From positions 32,001-96,000 of the forward strand of contig OZ245777.1 in the NCBI GenBank assembly GCA_965227775.1: a stretch of DNA of 64,000 bases, written 5' to 3'. The position numbers and the translations under genes were made by a program. This DNA is from Phycisphaerales bacterium. Lineage in GTDB: Bacteria; Planctomycetota; Phycisphaerae; Phycisphaerales; UBA1924. Numbering within the stretch: position 1 is the first letter of the stretch; each line of letters starts with the position of its first letter. The notes under the pieces were generated by a model that was given only the letters and a program-made list of their open reading frames with translations, searched no databases and was not told the origin of the DNA. Of the stretch, positions 17,432-27,455 are shown one piece after another.

Positions 17432-19192
17432 TCACCGCCCGAGCACGACGAGCTGCTGCAGCAATTCGTCCGTCGTTCGGATGACGCGGGCGTTGGCTGA
17501 GTAACCGGTCTGTGCCAGGATCAGGCCGATGAACTCTCGGCTCAGGTCGATGTTCGACTCTTCGAGCTGTCCGCCCAGCGTGGCCCCAGTGCCGAAGCCA
17601 CCCGGCTCGGTGATCACCGCATCGCCGCTGTTCGGCCCGCTGCGGAACAGATTGTCACCCGCGTCGGCCAGCCCCTGGGCGTTGGCAAATGTCGCGAGCG
17701 CGATCTGCCCGATCGGCCGGCTCAGCCCGTTCGTAAACGAGCCGCTGATGATCCCATCGGGCCCGATGCCGAACGCGTTCAGCGTGCCCGCCGGCAATCC
17801 ATCCTGATCATCCACCGCGATGCCCGACTCGCCCTCGCCCACGTCCAGCGCCTGCAGGCGCGAGCCATCGCCCTGGAACAGCAGGTCGAACGCTAGCGGC
17901 TGGCCCGCCCCGGTCGGAGCACGGTTCAGCACGACGCCCACCGGTTCGGCCTGCCGCAAGTTGCCATTCGTGTCGAACTCGATGGTTCCCGTCGCGAGCC
18001 CCGTGCCGCCGGCAGCCTCATCGCTCTCGACGTAGTACCGCCAGGTCGTACCCGCGTCGGTCTTGTTCTCCAGAACCATCGTCAGGTCGGCGAGCACGAG
18101 GCTGCCCAGCGAGTCGTACACGAAGAACGGCGTACGCTCCGACTCGCCGTCGGCCTGCCTCGTCGTCTGCGCCGCAAATGGGTTCCGCCCGGTGGCCTGT
18201 CCATTCTCATCGAGCACGACGAAGTCGCCGGTCTCGATGTCGAGGTCGTTCGCCTCTCCGCTGTTGCCCACGATCTGGATCTGCCCGGTCGCCGCATCGA
18301 GCGAAGCCCCGATCGCCCCGCCGGTCTGCGGCTGGATGCCCAGCGATGCGTTCAAGAAGCCGATGAAGTCACCAATGGTCGTCGCGGCACCGATCGCGAG
18401 CTGCGCGATCGGCAACGTCCGCCCGCCCTTCTCCGCCCCGCGAATCTGCACACCATCGCCCACCGTTGATTGCTCGCCGAGCTGCAGCGTCTGCCCCTCG
18501 ATGAACATCGCCGCTCCCGCGCCGCGCTGCGCCGGATCCTCCAGGCCTACCAGTGGTGTGTCGACCGTCAGCGGCGCACCGTCGATCGCGGCCAAACCCA
18601 GTCCGTCGCCACCCGCCAGCAGCGTCCGCGAGCCTTGCTGCGCAACATCGCCACCCGCATCGAGAACACCGTCGAATCGCACGGTCGACGTCGCCTCGGC
18701 GATCGTCAGCGAACCCAGCTCGATCGTGACGTCCTGCAGCTGGCCACGCTGCACCTCGAAGCTGTCGTTGATGCCCCAGCCCTGCACTCGCTCGCCGCTG
18801 ATCGTGACCAGCTCGTTGTTCTCATTCAGCGTGAACGCGCCAGCGCGACCATAGAAGCGCTCGTCGCCGCCCCGCAGCACGAAGAACCCCGCGCCGTCGA
18901 TCGCCACGTCGGTCGGCGAGCCCGTGGGCGAGATTGCGCCACCACCCATGTCCCGTTGCACGCCGGCGACCTTCGTGCCCGTGCCCACCTGGTACGGATT
19001 CGTGCCACCGAGGTCCGCTGTCGGCTCGCTACCGATACTGAAGGTGCGCGGATTCTGGTTGGCCTGGTGCATCCGTGCACCCTTGAAGGCCGTCGTGTTC
19101 ACGTTGGCGATGTTGTTGCCGATGACGTCGAGCCGACGCGTCTCGACACCGAGCCCGCTGAGGCTTGCAAACAAGGCCGTGGTCGAAGCCAT
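17432..19192 (-). CDS. flgE: Flagellar hook protein FlgE
   Basis: SLSGL..VIGNNIANVNTTAFK, DVAIDGAGFF, RAGAF, LEESNIDLSREF..Q.GYSANARVI. Confidence 0.94.
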   Translation of the reverse strand: MASTTALFASLSGLGVETRRLDVIGNNIANVNTTAFKGARMHQANQNPRTFSIGSEPTADLGGTNPYQVGTGTKVAGVQRDMGGGAISPTGSPTDVAIDGAGFFVLRGGDERFYGRAGAFTLNENNELVTISGERVQGWGINDSFEVQRGQLQDVTIELGSLTIAEATSTVRFDGVLDAGGDVAQQGSRTLLAGGDGLGLAAIDGAPLTVDTPLVGLEDPAQRGAGAAMFIEGQTLQLGEQSTVGDGVQIRGAEKGGRTLPIAQLAIGAATTIGDFIGFLNASLGIQPQTGGAIGASLDAATGQIQIVGNSGEANDLDIETGDFVVLDENGQATGRNPFAAQTTRQADGESERTPFFVYDSLGSLVLADLTMVLENKTDAGTTWRYYVESDEAAGGTGLATGTIEFDTNGNLRQAEPVGVVLNRAPTGAGQPLAFDLLFQGDGSRLQALDVGEGESGIAVDDQDGLPAGTLNAFGIGPDGIISGSFTNGLSRPIGQIALATFANAQGLADAGDNLFRSGPNSGDAVITEPGGFGTGATLGGQLEESNIDLSREFIGLILAQTGYSANARVIRTTDELLQQLVVLGR

Positions 19193-19229
19193 GGGTCACT
19201 TCCTTCGAACCGCGCTCGCGGCGCGGGGG

Positions 19230-19679
19230 TCAAACTACTTCAATGGGCGTGCCCGCCGGGGCAAGCTGCCGCAGCAGCGCATCGCTACTCGGCTCGTCCG
19301 CAGCACCAGAGCCCGCAGAGAGCACCACATCGACGTCGGTCATCAACGCACCCTCGGCCGGCGAACTGGCCAGCGCGGTGCGGCTCTCGACGTCGAGCCT
19401 GATCACCATGCCGTCCATCAGTACCGCCGCGGTCTTGGCGCCCTCCGCCTCGGCTACGTCAGCCGCATACGACAATCGCTCGAGCTGATCGGCGCTCAGG
19501 TCCACGCCGAGCTCGGCGCCGGACACGACAACACGCCCGCTGCCAAGCTCGCCATTACGAGCGGCATCGAGCGCTTGCTGGAATCCACCCTCAGCCGGCG
19601 CCTTCCCGCTGCCGCCGAGTCCCAGCAGCCTCGTGCCAACGCCGACCAGGCTCAGCAAGTCGAGCGGCGTGCCGGTCAC
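19230..19679 (-). CDS. Putative flagellar operon protein (TIGR02530-like)
   Basis: LSADQLERLSYAADVAEAEGAKTAAVLMDGMVIRLDVESRT resembles the small flgD-flgE intervening protein of Firmicutes; same position. Confidence 0.6.
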   Translation of the reverse strand: MTGTPLDLLSLVGVGTRLLGLGGSGKAPAEGGFQQALDAARNGELGSGRVVVSGAELGVDLSADQLERLSYAADVAEAEGAKTAAVLMDGMVIRLDVESRTALASSPAEGALMTDVDVVLSAGSGAADEPSSDALLRQLAPAGTPIEVV

Positions 19680-20098
19680 GGCAGCAGCTCCGCATACTCA
19701 CCAACGCCGGTCAGCCGGTCGAGCGACAGCGTCGATCCGTCCTGCAGCAGCAGCGTCGGCGTGCCATCACGCGTGCGCACGGCCCCAACATCGCCGACAA
19801 TCGTCTCGCCCGCCTCGTTCACGCCCTCAACACGACGCCCAACCAGCGACGTCGCGCTCGCCAGCCTGTTGTCGGCCACGAGCGATTCGAGCTTCTCGGT
19901 GAGGTTCAGGTCACTCTCGATCGACCGCACGCTCGAGAGCTGCTGCACCAACGCGTTCGTGTCGTTTGGTGCCAGCGGGTCCTGCGCTTGCAACTCGGCA
20001 AGGATGATGCCCAGGAACTCCTGAGAGTCCAACTCGCCCATTCGATTGGTCTGCGTGGCGCCCGAGGCAAGCCCCGAGCCGGCGGATATCGCGCTCAT
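19676..20098 (-). CDS. flgD: Flagellar hook-capping protein FlgD
   Basis: EFLGIILAELQAQDPLAP..QQLSS; SLVGRRVEG. Confidence 0.9.
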   Translation of the reverse strand: MSAISAGSGLASGATQTNRMGELDSQEFLGIILAELQAQDPLAPNDTNALVQQLSSVRSIESDLNLTEKLESLVADNRLASATSLVGRRVEGVNEAGETIVGDVGAVRTRDGTPTLLLQDGSTLSLDRLTGVGEYAELLP

Positions 20099-20135
20099 GC
20101 GACGCACTCCGAGAACCAGCGAAGCCCGGCCATCC

Positions 20136-21290
20136 CTATGCGATGGCGTTCAGCCTCACCGTTCCCAACGCCCGCCAGGGCTCCGCCCCGGCGACCGCCA
20201 GCCCGTCATCTTCTCGCGTCGCTCCGCGCCGCGACCCGCCGTCGGCCTCATCGCCATCGGGCGATCCTCGCCCGTCACGATCGTTGGCAAACGCTTGGCC
20301 ATCCTGGCCACCTTCGGCTCCGCCGCCATCGTCCGTCGCAAGCCGCGTACCAGCCTGCGTTGGCTCCTCGACCAATCTCACCTCAATCCGCTCGACCGTC
20401 AGGCCGCGCGCCTCCAACTGCTGCCGCAGCACGTCGCGCGAGCCCTCCAGCATCCGCTGCGCCTCGGCGTGCCTCGCCTCGAACGTCGCGGTGACCTGGT
20501 TCTGCTGCACCTGCACGCGCACGCTCAGTTGCCCAAGGTTCTCCGGACGCAGGCGGAGCGTGACCTCGCCATCGCCCGATCGCATCGCCTGCGCCAAGCC
20601 ACGCCCGACCTGGGCCTGGAACGCCTTCTCGAAGCGCAGCGTCTGGTCGGCTCGCTGCGGTGCTACCGGTGCACGCCCGCGGGCCGCGCCACCCTGCGGC
20701 CCGCGAGCGGCGTCCACGGCAGTCGCTTGCCCGTTCGGCAGGCTTGCCCTGCCACCAACCGCGGCCGCTGGGGCGCTCGAGACCGAAGCGGCGACCGCCT
20801 GCGCCTTGGGCTGCACCGCCGACGGTTCGATCGCCACTCGCTGTTCACCGCGAGCCGCATGATCACCGGCCACGCGCGTTGGTTCCTGTGCTACCGGCTG
20901 CTCGTTCGTCGCTCGGCGCGCCGCACCCTCGGTGTCGTTCGCCGCGGCTCGCGCCTCCGCAGCGGGCGTCTGCGTTCCGCTCGCCGGTCGAGATGCCTCG
21001 CTCGCCAGTTGCTCCAGCCTGCCGCGCGGTTCCTGCGCTCGTTGTCCAAGTTCTTGCGCGGGCTGGCGCGATTCCTGCCGGTGCTCTCGCGCGTCCTGGG
21101 CGCTCCACTCGGCGGCCGAGTCGTTCCGAGCCTCACCCCGTACGATGCCGGCCTCACCCGCCTGCAGCGCCCCGAGCAGCATGCCAAAGGCCCCCGCCTC
21201 GGCCTGAACGCGTACCTCGCGCTCCTGCGCGGGCTGCTGCGGACGCGGGGCGTCAGGAACCTTCGAGCTGAGCTGGACCTGCTGCTGCAT
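20136..21290 (-). CDS. fliK: Flagellar hook-length control protein FliK
   Basis: Long low-complexity N-terminus; C-terminal TLRLRPENLGQLSVRV..LRQQLEARGL. Confidence 0.88.
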   Translation of the reverse strand: MQQQVQLSSKVPDAPRPQQPAQEREVRVQAEAGAFGMLLGALQAGEAGIVRGEARNDSAAEWSAQDAREHRQESRQPAQELGQRAQEPRGRLEQLASEASRPASGTQTPAAEARAAANDTEGAARRATNEQPVAQEPTRVAGDHAARGEQRVAIEPSAVQPKAQAVAASVSSAPAAAVGGRASLPNGQATAVDAARGPQGGAARGRAPVAPQRADQTLRFEKAFQAQVGRGLAQAMRSGDGEVTLRLRPENLGQLSVRVQVQQNQVTATFEARHAEAQRMLEGSRDVLRQQLEARGLTVERIEVRLVEEPTQAGTRLATDDGGGAEGGQDGQAFANDRDGRGSPDGDEADGGSRRGATREDDGLAVAGAEPWRALGTVRLNAIA

Positions 21291-22008
21291 CGGCGACCTC
21301 CGGCGTCACGCCGTCCGTTCGCAAACGCTCCAGCAAAACCGCGGCCAACGACGCGTCGTTCTTCTCGAACTCGGCCATCACCTTGTTCCGCTGGCGATCG
21401 TCCATCGACCGCAGGTACTCCACTACCATAGCCTGACCGTCCAATTCGCCCTCGGCGGGCTCGGCCTGACCGTCCCACATGGCCATCAGCACGTTGTGCG
21501 CGGCCGGGGCACGCAGACCTTGCAACGTATCGACCGCCGTGCGGAACTGCTCCTGACCCACCAACTGGTCTCGCTCGGCAATCCGCGCCTCAAACGCCTC
21601 ACGCTGCATCTCGATCGCTTCGGACAGTCGATCAGTCTCCTGCCGCTCGCGGGCGAGCAGATCCCGCAAGTCCTCAAGCTCGCGCATGGCGCGCGTCATG
21701 CGCTGGTCGGCCGCCATCGCCCCTTCCTGCTGCAATCGAACGAGTTCCTCAGCCGTCATGGGCGACGTCATCAGAGTCTGCACGCGCTCGCGGAGTTGCT
21801 CCACCTCTTGCTGCCGCGCTTCCTCGTCCGCAGCTTCGGCATCCAACCTTGCCTGACGCTCGTCACCCGTTTCGCCAAGCACCTGCTTGAGCGCATCGAA
21901 GCGTTCCCGGTCCAGCCGATCGGTCATGCCCAGCCATCCGGCGAACGCCCCGATCGCGATCAGGTTCGCGATCGCCAAGACCGACGCGATGGTCCACAGG
22001 TTCCGCAT
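21253..22008 (-). CDS. Membrane-anchored coiled-coil flagellar protein (YlxF/FlbB/MotE-like)
   Basis: N-terminal TM, long coiled coil, C-terminal helical LRSMDDRQRNKVMAEF..AAVLLERL; between fliJ and fliK. Confidence 0.6.
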   Translation of the reverse strand: MRNLWTIASVLAIANLIAIGAFAGWLGMTDRLDRERFDALKQVLGETGDERQARLDAEAADEEARQQEVEQLRERVQTLMTSPMTAEELVRLQQEGAMAADQRMTRAMRELEDLRDLLARERQETDRLSEAIEMQREAFEARIAERDQLVGQEQFRTAVDTLQGLRAPAAHNVLMAMWDGQAEPAEGELDGQAMVVEYLRSMDDRQRNKVMAEFEKNDASLAAVLLERLRTDGVTPEVADAAAGPAQLEGS

Positions 22009-22011
22009 CTT

Positions 22012-22470
22012 CTAGCCCTCCGCCATGTCCGCGTGCCCGCGACGCATCACCATCAGGTCGTCCTGCTCCAGCCGCTCGGCCTTCTCCAACTCCGCGACCC
22101 AGGCCCGGTACCGCTGCTCCCGCAGCCGCTCGATCGCCTCGCGGCGCACCGCGGCCTCACGCAGCAACTCGCGCGCCCGATCGGCGCGTTTCTGCACGCC
22201 CGCCAGCTTGACCGCCAACGCCCGAGCCTTGCGATCCGCACCCAACTCGCCCGCTACATGCTCCCGAAGCGATCGGGCCGATACGCGACCGACCATGAGC
22301 GAACGCGAGACCTCCCGCTCGGCCTCAACCGCCGACCGCAATCTCGCGATCTCGACCTCGACCTCGCTCCGCTCTCGCTGCACCGTCGCCAGCAGCGCCT
22401 GCGCATTCCGTTCGGCCCGCCGCCGCTGCTCCAGCACCGCCTGCAACTCGAACACGAACCGCCGCGCCAC
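22012..22470 (-). CDS. fliJ: Flagellar export chaperone FliJ
   Basis: RRFVFELQAVL N-terminus, coiled coil, ERLEQDDL; directly after fliI. Confidence 0.85.
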   Translation of the reverse strand: MARRFVFELQAVLEQRRRAERNAQALLATVQRERSEVEVEIARLRSAVEAEREVSRSLMVGRVSARSLREHVAGELGADRKARALAVKLAGVQKRADRARELLREAAVRREAIERLREQRYRAWVAELEKAERLEQDDLMVMRRGHADMAEG

Positions 22471-22473
22471 GCT

Positions 22474-23829
22474 TTAACCCTCTCCGCCAAGCTGCTTTGA
22501 GACGTCGTCACCGAGCGCCAGCAACCGCTGCCGGGCCTCGTCGAACGCTCCGGCGTCGTCCACGGCCTGCTGGAGCAGCGCATCAATCGCCGGCATCCGC
22601 TCGATCGCCGTATCGACCTCCACGCTCGAGCCCTTGGCGTACGCTCCGATGCGGATCAAGTCTTCCGACTTCGAGTACGCCGCGAGCAATCGGATGACGA
22701 GCTCGCGGGCCCGTGCGTGCTCCCGATCCATCAGCCGCGTCGCGAGACGGCTCACCGAGCCCAGCACATCGATCGCCGGGTAGTGTCCACGAGTCGCGAG
22801 CTCACGCGACAGCAGAACATGCCCATCCAACACACCACGAACGGCATCCGACACCGGCTCGTTGAAGTCGTCGCCCTCGACAAGCACCGTGTACATGCCC
22901 GTGATCGAACCAACACACCCGTCATCGAGCTCGACCGCGCCCGCACGCTCGAGCATCGATGCCATCTGTGCAAACACGCCGGGCGTGTACCCCCGGCTCG
23001 TCGGCGGTTCGCCGGCGGCCAAGCCAATCTGCCGTAATGCATGGGCGTATCGGGTGAGCGAATCCATCACCAGCAGCACGCTGCGTCCCTGATCTCGGAA
23101 GTGCTCGGCCACCGCGCATGCCGACCGCGCCGCCCGCGCGCGAACCAGCGGCGATTCGTCCGCAGTTGCACACACGACCACGCTCCGCTCGAGCCCCTGC
23201 TCGCCCAACGCTTCCTCGATGAACTCGCGTACCTCACGCCCGCGCTCACCAATCAGCGCGACCACGACCACATCGGCATCGGTCTGCCGCGTAATCTGCC
23301 CGAGCAGCGTGCTCTTGCCCACACCCGGGCCCGCGAAGATGCCCATGCGCTGCCCACGCCCAATGGGCGTCATCAGATCGATCGAGCGGACGCCTGTTCG
23401 CAGCGGCGCCTTGATCGGCTCACGCGACATCGGCCCAACGCGCATCGCATCGAGCGGCGCCCACCCCTGCTCGCGCGGCGCCGGCTTCCCATCCAGCGGG
23501 CGCCCCATCGCGTCGATCACGCGCCCGAGCAACCCGGGCCCGACCGCCACGCTCGCCCACGCCTGCAGTCCCTCGACCACGTCGCCGGCGCGGATGCCCT
23601 CGCCGCGGCCCATGAGCATGACAATCGCCCGTTCGTCGGCAAGCCCAACGATCTCACCCAGTTGCTCACCATCGCCCGAGATCGAAGTGCGCACACGCAC
23701 GACAGATCCAACCGGCATCGCCAGCCCACTCACGAGCAAGGTCGCGCCGCGCAGCGCGCTCACCCGTCCCGACACGCCCATCGGGATCGTCGCGTCGAGC
23801 GCCACGCCCGCGCGCTCCAGCACGTTCAC
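22474..23829 (-). CDS. fliI: Flagellar export ATPase FliI
   Basis: GQRMGIFAGPGVGKS, IGERGREV, MDSLTRYA, GEPP, DGHVLLSR. Confidence 0.95.
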   Translation of the reverse strand: MNVLERAGVALDATIPMGVSGRVSALRGATLLVSGLAMPVGSVVRVRTSISGDGEQLGEIVGLADERAIVMLMGRGEGIRAGDVVEGLQAWASVAVGPGLLGRVIDAMGRPLDGKPAPREQGWAPLDAMRVGPMSREPIKAPLRTGVRSIDLMTPIGRGQRMGIFAGPGVGKSTLLGQITRQTDADVVVVALIGERGREVREFIEEALGEQGLERSVVVCATADESPLVRARAARSACAVAEHFRDQGRSVLLVMDSLTRYAHALRQIGLAAGEPPTSRGYTPGVFAQMASMLERAGAVELDDGCVGSITGMYTVLVEGDDFNEPVSDAVRGVLDGHVLLSRELATRGHYPAIDVLGSVSRLATRLMDREHARARELVIRLLAAYSKSEDLIRIGAYAKGSSVEVDTAIERMPAIDALLQQAVDDAGAFDEARQRLLALGDDVSKQLGGEG

Positions 23830-24530
23830 GACGGCTCGCCCGGCAAGAGCGCCCCCACGATGCGCTCCAGTTGAGTCTCGATCGTTCCATCGATGCGCGA
23901 CTCGTCGGCTTCGATGACGACCGAGCCGTGAGACAGCGACTCGTCCTCCAAGAACTCAACACTCGCGGACGTCCCGAGGCGATCGGCCAGCCCAGGCATC
24001 GCCTCCCGCACGCCCTCGGCGTCACCCGGCGACACACGCACACGCACCCGGCTCGGTCGCATCGCCAGGCCAATGGCCTCCTGCAACTGACGCGCCGCCG
24101 CCTGCTCGTCTGCCTCGATCGCATGCTTCGCTACCCGCTCGCCCAGGCTGACGGCCAGCGATACCACGCCGCGCTCCGCCTCAGAGTGCAACGAGTCCCG
24201 CCGCTTCTCGAACGCCGCGAGCGCTTCCATCCAGGCCGCCTCGAGCTGCTGGAACGCGGTCTGCTGCCCGGCGAGCGCCGCGGCGCGACCATCCTCGTGC
24301 CCCTTGGCGTTGCCCTCTTCCAGGCCACGCGCGTAGCCCTCTGCATGACCGCGCTCGTCCGCCCCGGCGATCAATCGCTCGCGCTCGGCCTTAGCGTCTT
24401 CGACGATGCGGTCCGCCTCGCGGCGCGCTCGATCGATCATCGCCTCGCCCTGGCGCGCAAGATCGCCGAGGTCGAGCACGACCGCCTCACGCGCGATCGA
24501 AGCCGCATCGGCCCGGCGGATCATCGGCAT
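23826..24530 (-). CDS. fliH: Flagellar assembly protein FliH
   Basis: GxxxG repeats (GHAEGYARGLEEG), C-terminal GSVVIE..IDGTIETQL. Confidence 0.88.
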   Translation of the reverse strand: MPMIRRADAASIAREAVVLDLGDLARQGEAMIDRARREADRIVEDAKAERERLIAGADERGHAEGYARGLEEGNAKGHEDGRAAALAGQQTAFQQLEAAWMEALAAFEKRRDSLHSEAERGVVSLAVSLGERVAKHAIEADEQAAARQLQEAIGLAMRPSRVRVRVSPGDAEGVREAMPGLADRLGTSASVEFLEDESLSHGSVVIEADESRIDGTIETQLERIVGALLPGEPS

Positions 24531-24549
24531 GCGCAGGCCCCCACCACGG

Positions 24550-25587
24550 TCACACCACCAGCTCGGAGTCGCCGCGACCCTGGATCATCACGTCGCCGGC
24601 CTCCTCGAGCCTGCGCACGATGTCGACGATGCGCTGCTGGGCCGTCTCCACGTCGCTGATGCGAACGGGGCCCATGAACTCCATGTCTTCCTTGATCATC
24701 TCGGCCGCACGTGCGGACATGTTGCCGAAGATCTTCTGCTGCAGCTCTTCCGAGGCCGTCTTGAGCGCCAGACCCAGCTCGTCGTTGTCGACCTCCTTCA
24801 GCACGGCCTGGATGCCCTTATCGTTCACCAGCAGGATGTCCTCGAAGACGAACATCAATCGCCGGATCTGCTCGACCAGGTCCGGGTCTTCCGACTCCAA
24901 CCCTTCCATGATCGCCTTCTCCGTCGAGCGATCCGCGAGGTTGAGCATCTCGGCCACGGTCGGCACACCGCCGCTCTTCTCCATGCTCTGCATCAGCATG
25001 TTGCTCAGCCGGCTCTCCAGCCCTTTCTCGACCTCGCGGATCACCTCCGGATTGGTCTGCTCCATGTTGGCGATGCGCTTGATCACCTCGATCTGCTTCT
25101 GCATGGGCAGGCCGACGAGGATCTCCGCCGCCTTGTGGTGGCTCAGGTGGCACAAGATCAGCGCGATCGTCTGCGGGTGCTCGTCCTGAATGAACGTCAG
25201 CAGGTTCTCGCTCTCAGCCCGCTGCAGAAAGCTGAACGGCGTCTTCTGCACCTGCGTCTGGATCTGCGACAGCACCTTGCTCGCTTGCTCGGGGTCGAGC
25301 GAGCTCAGCAGCACTTCCTTGGCAAAATCCAGGTTGCCCTCGCCGGCGAACTCGTTTGCCACCGTCAGGTCGTAAAACTCGCGGACGACCGCCTCCTGCA
25401 GCTTGCTCGGCACTCGGCCCAGGCTCGCCAGCTCTCGCGTGATCTCTTCGACCGTCTCCGCGGGCATGGCCTTCAGCACAACCGCGGCCCGCTCGGTCCC
25501 AACAGCAAGCAACAGGATCGCCGACTTGGTCGCACCGTCGAGGTCGATCACGTTCGTCGGCAGCTTCTCGTGCGGCTTGCGTGGCAC
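24550..25587 (-). CDS. fliG: Flagellar motor switch protein FliG
   Basis: KSAILLL, EHPQTIALIL, MFVFEDI, MSARAAEMIKEDM, AQQRIV. Confidence 0.96.
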   Translation of the reverse strand: MPRKPHEKLPTNVIDLDGATKSAILLLAVGTERAAVVLKAMPAETVEEITRELASLGRVPSKLQEAVVREFYDLTVANEFAGEGNLDFAKEVLLSSLDPEQASKVLSQIQTQVQKTPFSFLQRAESENLLTFIQDEHPQTIALILCHLSHHKAAEILVGLPMQKQIEVIKRIANMEQTNPEVIREVEKGLESRLSNMLMQSMEKSGGVPTVAEMLNLADRSTEKAIMEGLESEDPDLVEQIRRLMFVFEDILLVNDKGIQAVLKEVDNDELGLALKTASEELQQKIFGNMSARAAEMIKEDMEFMGPVRISDVETAQQRIVDIVRRLEEAGDVMIQGRGDSELVV

Positions 25588-25621
25588 GGCGTACTCCAGG
25601 CCCGATCGGGCTCACTCGCGC

Positions 25622-27334
25622 TCAGTCATGGCTCGCGGCCACCCAGCTCTGCAGCAGCGACGCCGCCGTCTCGGGCGAGGCTGACACCAGCTCGCCAACC
25701 TGGTCGAGCATCTTGCCGGCGCGCACCTGCTCCTCGTCCAGCTCGATGCCCGACATCGGCACGTCGCCCTCCTCAGCCTCCCCGTACAGGTCACTGTCAC
25801 TCTGCAGTGCGGGCGGAACGCCCACCAGTTCCTCGGCTGTCGGCAGTTCAGGCCTCTTCGTCGCCTTGCGCACGAGCATCGCCATCATCGCCACGCTCAC
25901 TAGCGCCAACAGGCCGAGCACGGCCTTGTCGATCAGCCCATCACCCGCAAGCCCCATGAAGCCGCCCGAGCTACCGCCGCCGCCCGATGCCCCGCCAAAA
26001 CCGAACCCGCCACCGGTCGCCGCACCCACAATGCGCATGTCGCTGTGCATCGACACCGTCACGGCAACATCCGCCGGGTCGCCCGCGACGACGTTGCCCA
26101 GCACGAGCTGCATGCGTGACTCGAGATCCGATCGCAGGAGATCAAAGCGATTGGCGATCTCCTCGGCCGATGGGGCCTCTGGCTCGGCCTCTTCGGCCGC
26201 CGCCGGCGCATCCTGCTCAAGCAGCCGCACCACATAGCTGCGAGGCACGCCCAGCATCACCGACACGCCCTGCAAATCGCCGCCCGGATCCTCGACGTTC
26301 TCGATCGTCGAGGGGAACATGTTCTCAAACTCGCTGTCCTCGGTCGTCTCGGTGAACGACGAACCCGTCGCCGAACCCCCGCTCACCGAGAGCGGCTCGT
26401 TCGACCGCGTACCCGCCACGCCGCCTTGGGTGGAACCCTGCTGCGTGCGCTCCGTCCTGCTCTCACGCGTCAGCCCCGAGAGCGGCTTCTGGAACAGCGT
26501 GCTCTGGCTCGTCCTCCGCGCGCTGTCGACCCGCGCCATCACCGAGACCGAAAGGCCCGGAATGTCGTTCAGAAAGTCCGCGATCTTGTCCTCGAGCATG
26601 CCCTCGATCTGGAACTGCTGCTCGAGCGCCTGCCGCGCCGTCATGCGCCGATCGTCATACGACCTGTACGCCAGCCCGCTGACGCCATCAACCACCTTCA
26701 CCTGCGTGGGCTCGAGGCCCGCCACCGAGCCGGCGATGCCCTCGGCGATGGCGTCGACCGAGTCCTGCGAGAGCTCGCCCCTCGTCGGCCACACGTATAC
26801 CGACGCCGACGGCGTGCGCATCGCCCGCCCAAGCCCCGCTTGGTCAGGCATGTCGATGGTCACCTGCGCATGCCGCAACCCCTGGAAGTACGACAAGATG
26901 TCCGACAAGTGCTGCGAGTAGATCGCCCAGTATTGCTGGTGGTTGTCCTGCCGAGAATTCATCCAGCTGCGAGACTCGATGAGCTTCTCAATGAACGTCG
27001 CCGTGTTCGGTGGCACGATACGCTGCTCCATCAGCAGCCCCTGCACCCGCGCGACATAATCAGACTCGACCAGGATCTCGCCCGACGCGTTCGTCTCGGC
27101 ACGGATGCCCTGGCCCTCGAGCGTCGCCAGCGCACGCGACATCTGCGCCGGGTCGCCCACCATGGCCGCCGGTACCACCGCTGTTCGGGATGCGTATTGA
27201 GACACCAGGAAGAACGTCATCGCCACGATGATGACGACCGAGGCGACCAGCAGCTTCTCGATGGTGCCCAAGCGGCCGAGATAGCCCGCCACCTGGCGCA
27301 GCCGTTCCTTGGGTTGCTTGCTGGCCGTCTCCAC
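25622..27334 (-). CDS. fliF: Flagellar MS-ring protein FliF
   Basis: Two TMs flanking a large periplasmic region, PSASVYV, GSVAGL..VKVVD, GVAGTRSN; between fliE and fliG; GTG start with GGGAG RBS. Confidence 0.82.
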   Translation of the reverse strand: METASKQPKERLRQVAGYLGRLGTIEKLLVASVVIIVAMTFFLVSQYASRTAVVPAAMVGDPAQMSRALATLEGQGIRAETNASGEILVESDYVARVQGLLMEQRIVPPNTATFIEKLIESRSWMNSRQDNHQQYWAIYSQHLSDILSYFQGLRHAQVTIDMPDQAGLGRAMRTPSASVYVWPTRGELSQDSVDAIAEGIAGSVAGLEPTQVKVVDGVSGLAYRSYDDRRMTARQALEQQFQIEGMLEDKIADFLNDIPGLSVSVMARVDSARRTSQSTLFQKPLSGLTRESRTERTQQGSTQGGVAGTRSNEPLSVSGGSATGSSFTETTEDSEFENMFPSTIENVEDPGGDLQGVSVMLGVPRSYVVRLLEQDAPAAAEEAEPEAPSAEEIANRFDLLRSDLESRMQLVLGNVVAGDPADVAVTVSMHSDMRIVGAATGGGFGFGGASGGGGSSGGFMGLAGDGLIDKAVLGLLALVSVAMMAMLVRKATKRPELPTAEELVGVPPALQSDSDLYGEAEEGDVPMSGIELDEEQVRAGKMLDQVGELVSASPETAASLLQSWVAASHD

Positions 27335-27455
27335 GCCGTCGCTCCCTGGCGCGTTCCACGCGCACATCACGCGCCAGCGTTGCGCCAGAGCGTGCCTTGG
27401 TGGTCGGCTTGTCGGGTGCCCGGGCTTGAATCACCCGGATCGGTCACGGCTCAGG

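Noticed and set aside
8146..25587. Non-flagellar type III secretion system
   Set aside because: Export genes are accompanied by rod, hook, stator, FlhF/FlhG and FliA genes, so the system is flagellar
27373..27387. sigma54 candidate before fliF (TGGCGC-AACGC-TGGC)
   Set aside because: Correct spacing and ~90 nt from the palindrome, but the -12 box mismatches and such hits are frequent at this GC content; too weak to list as a feature
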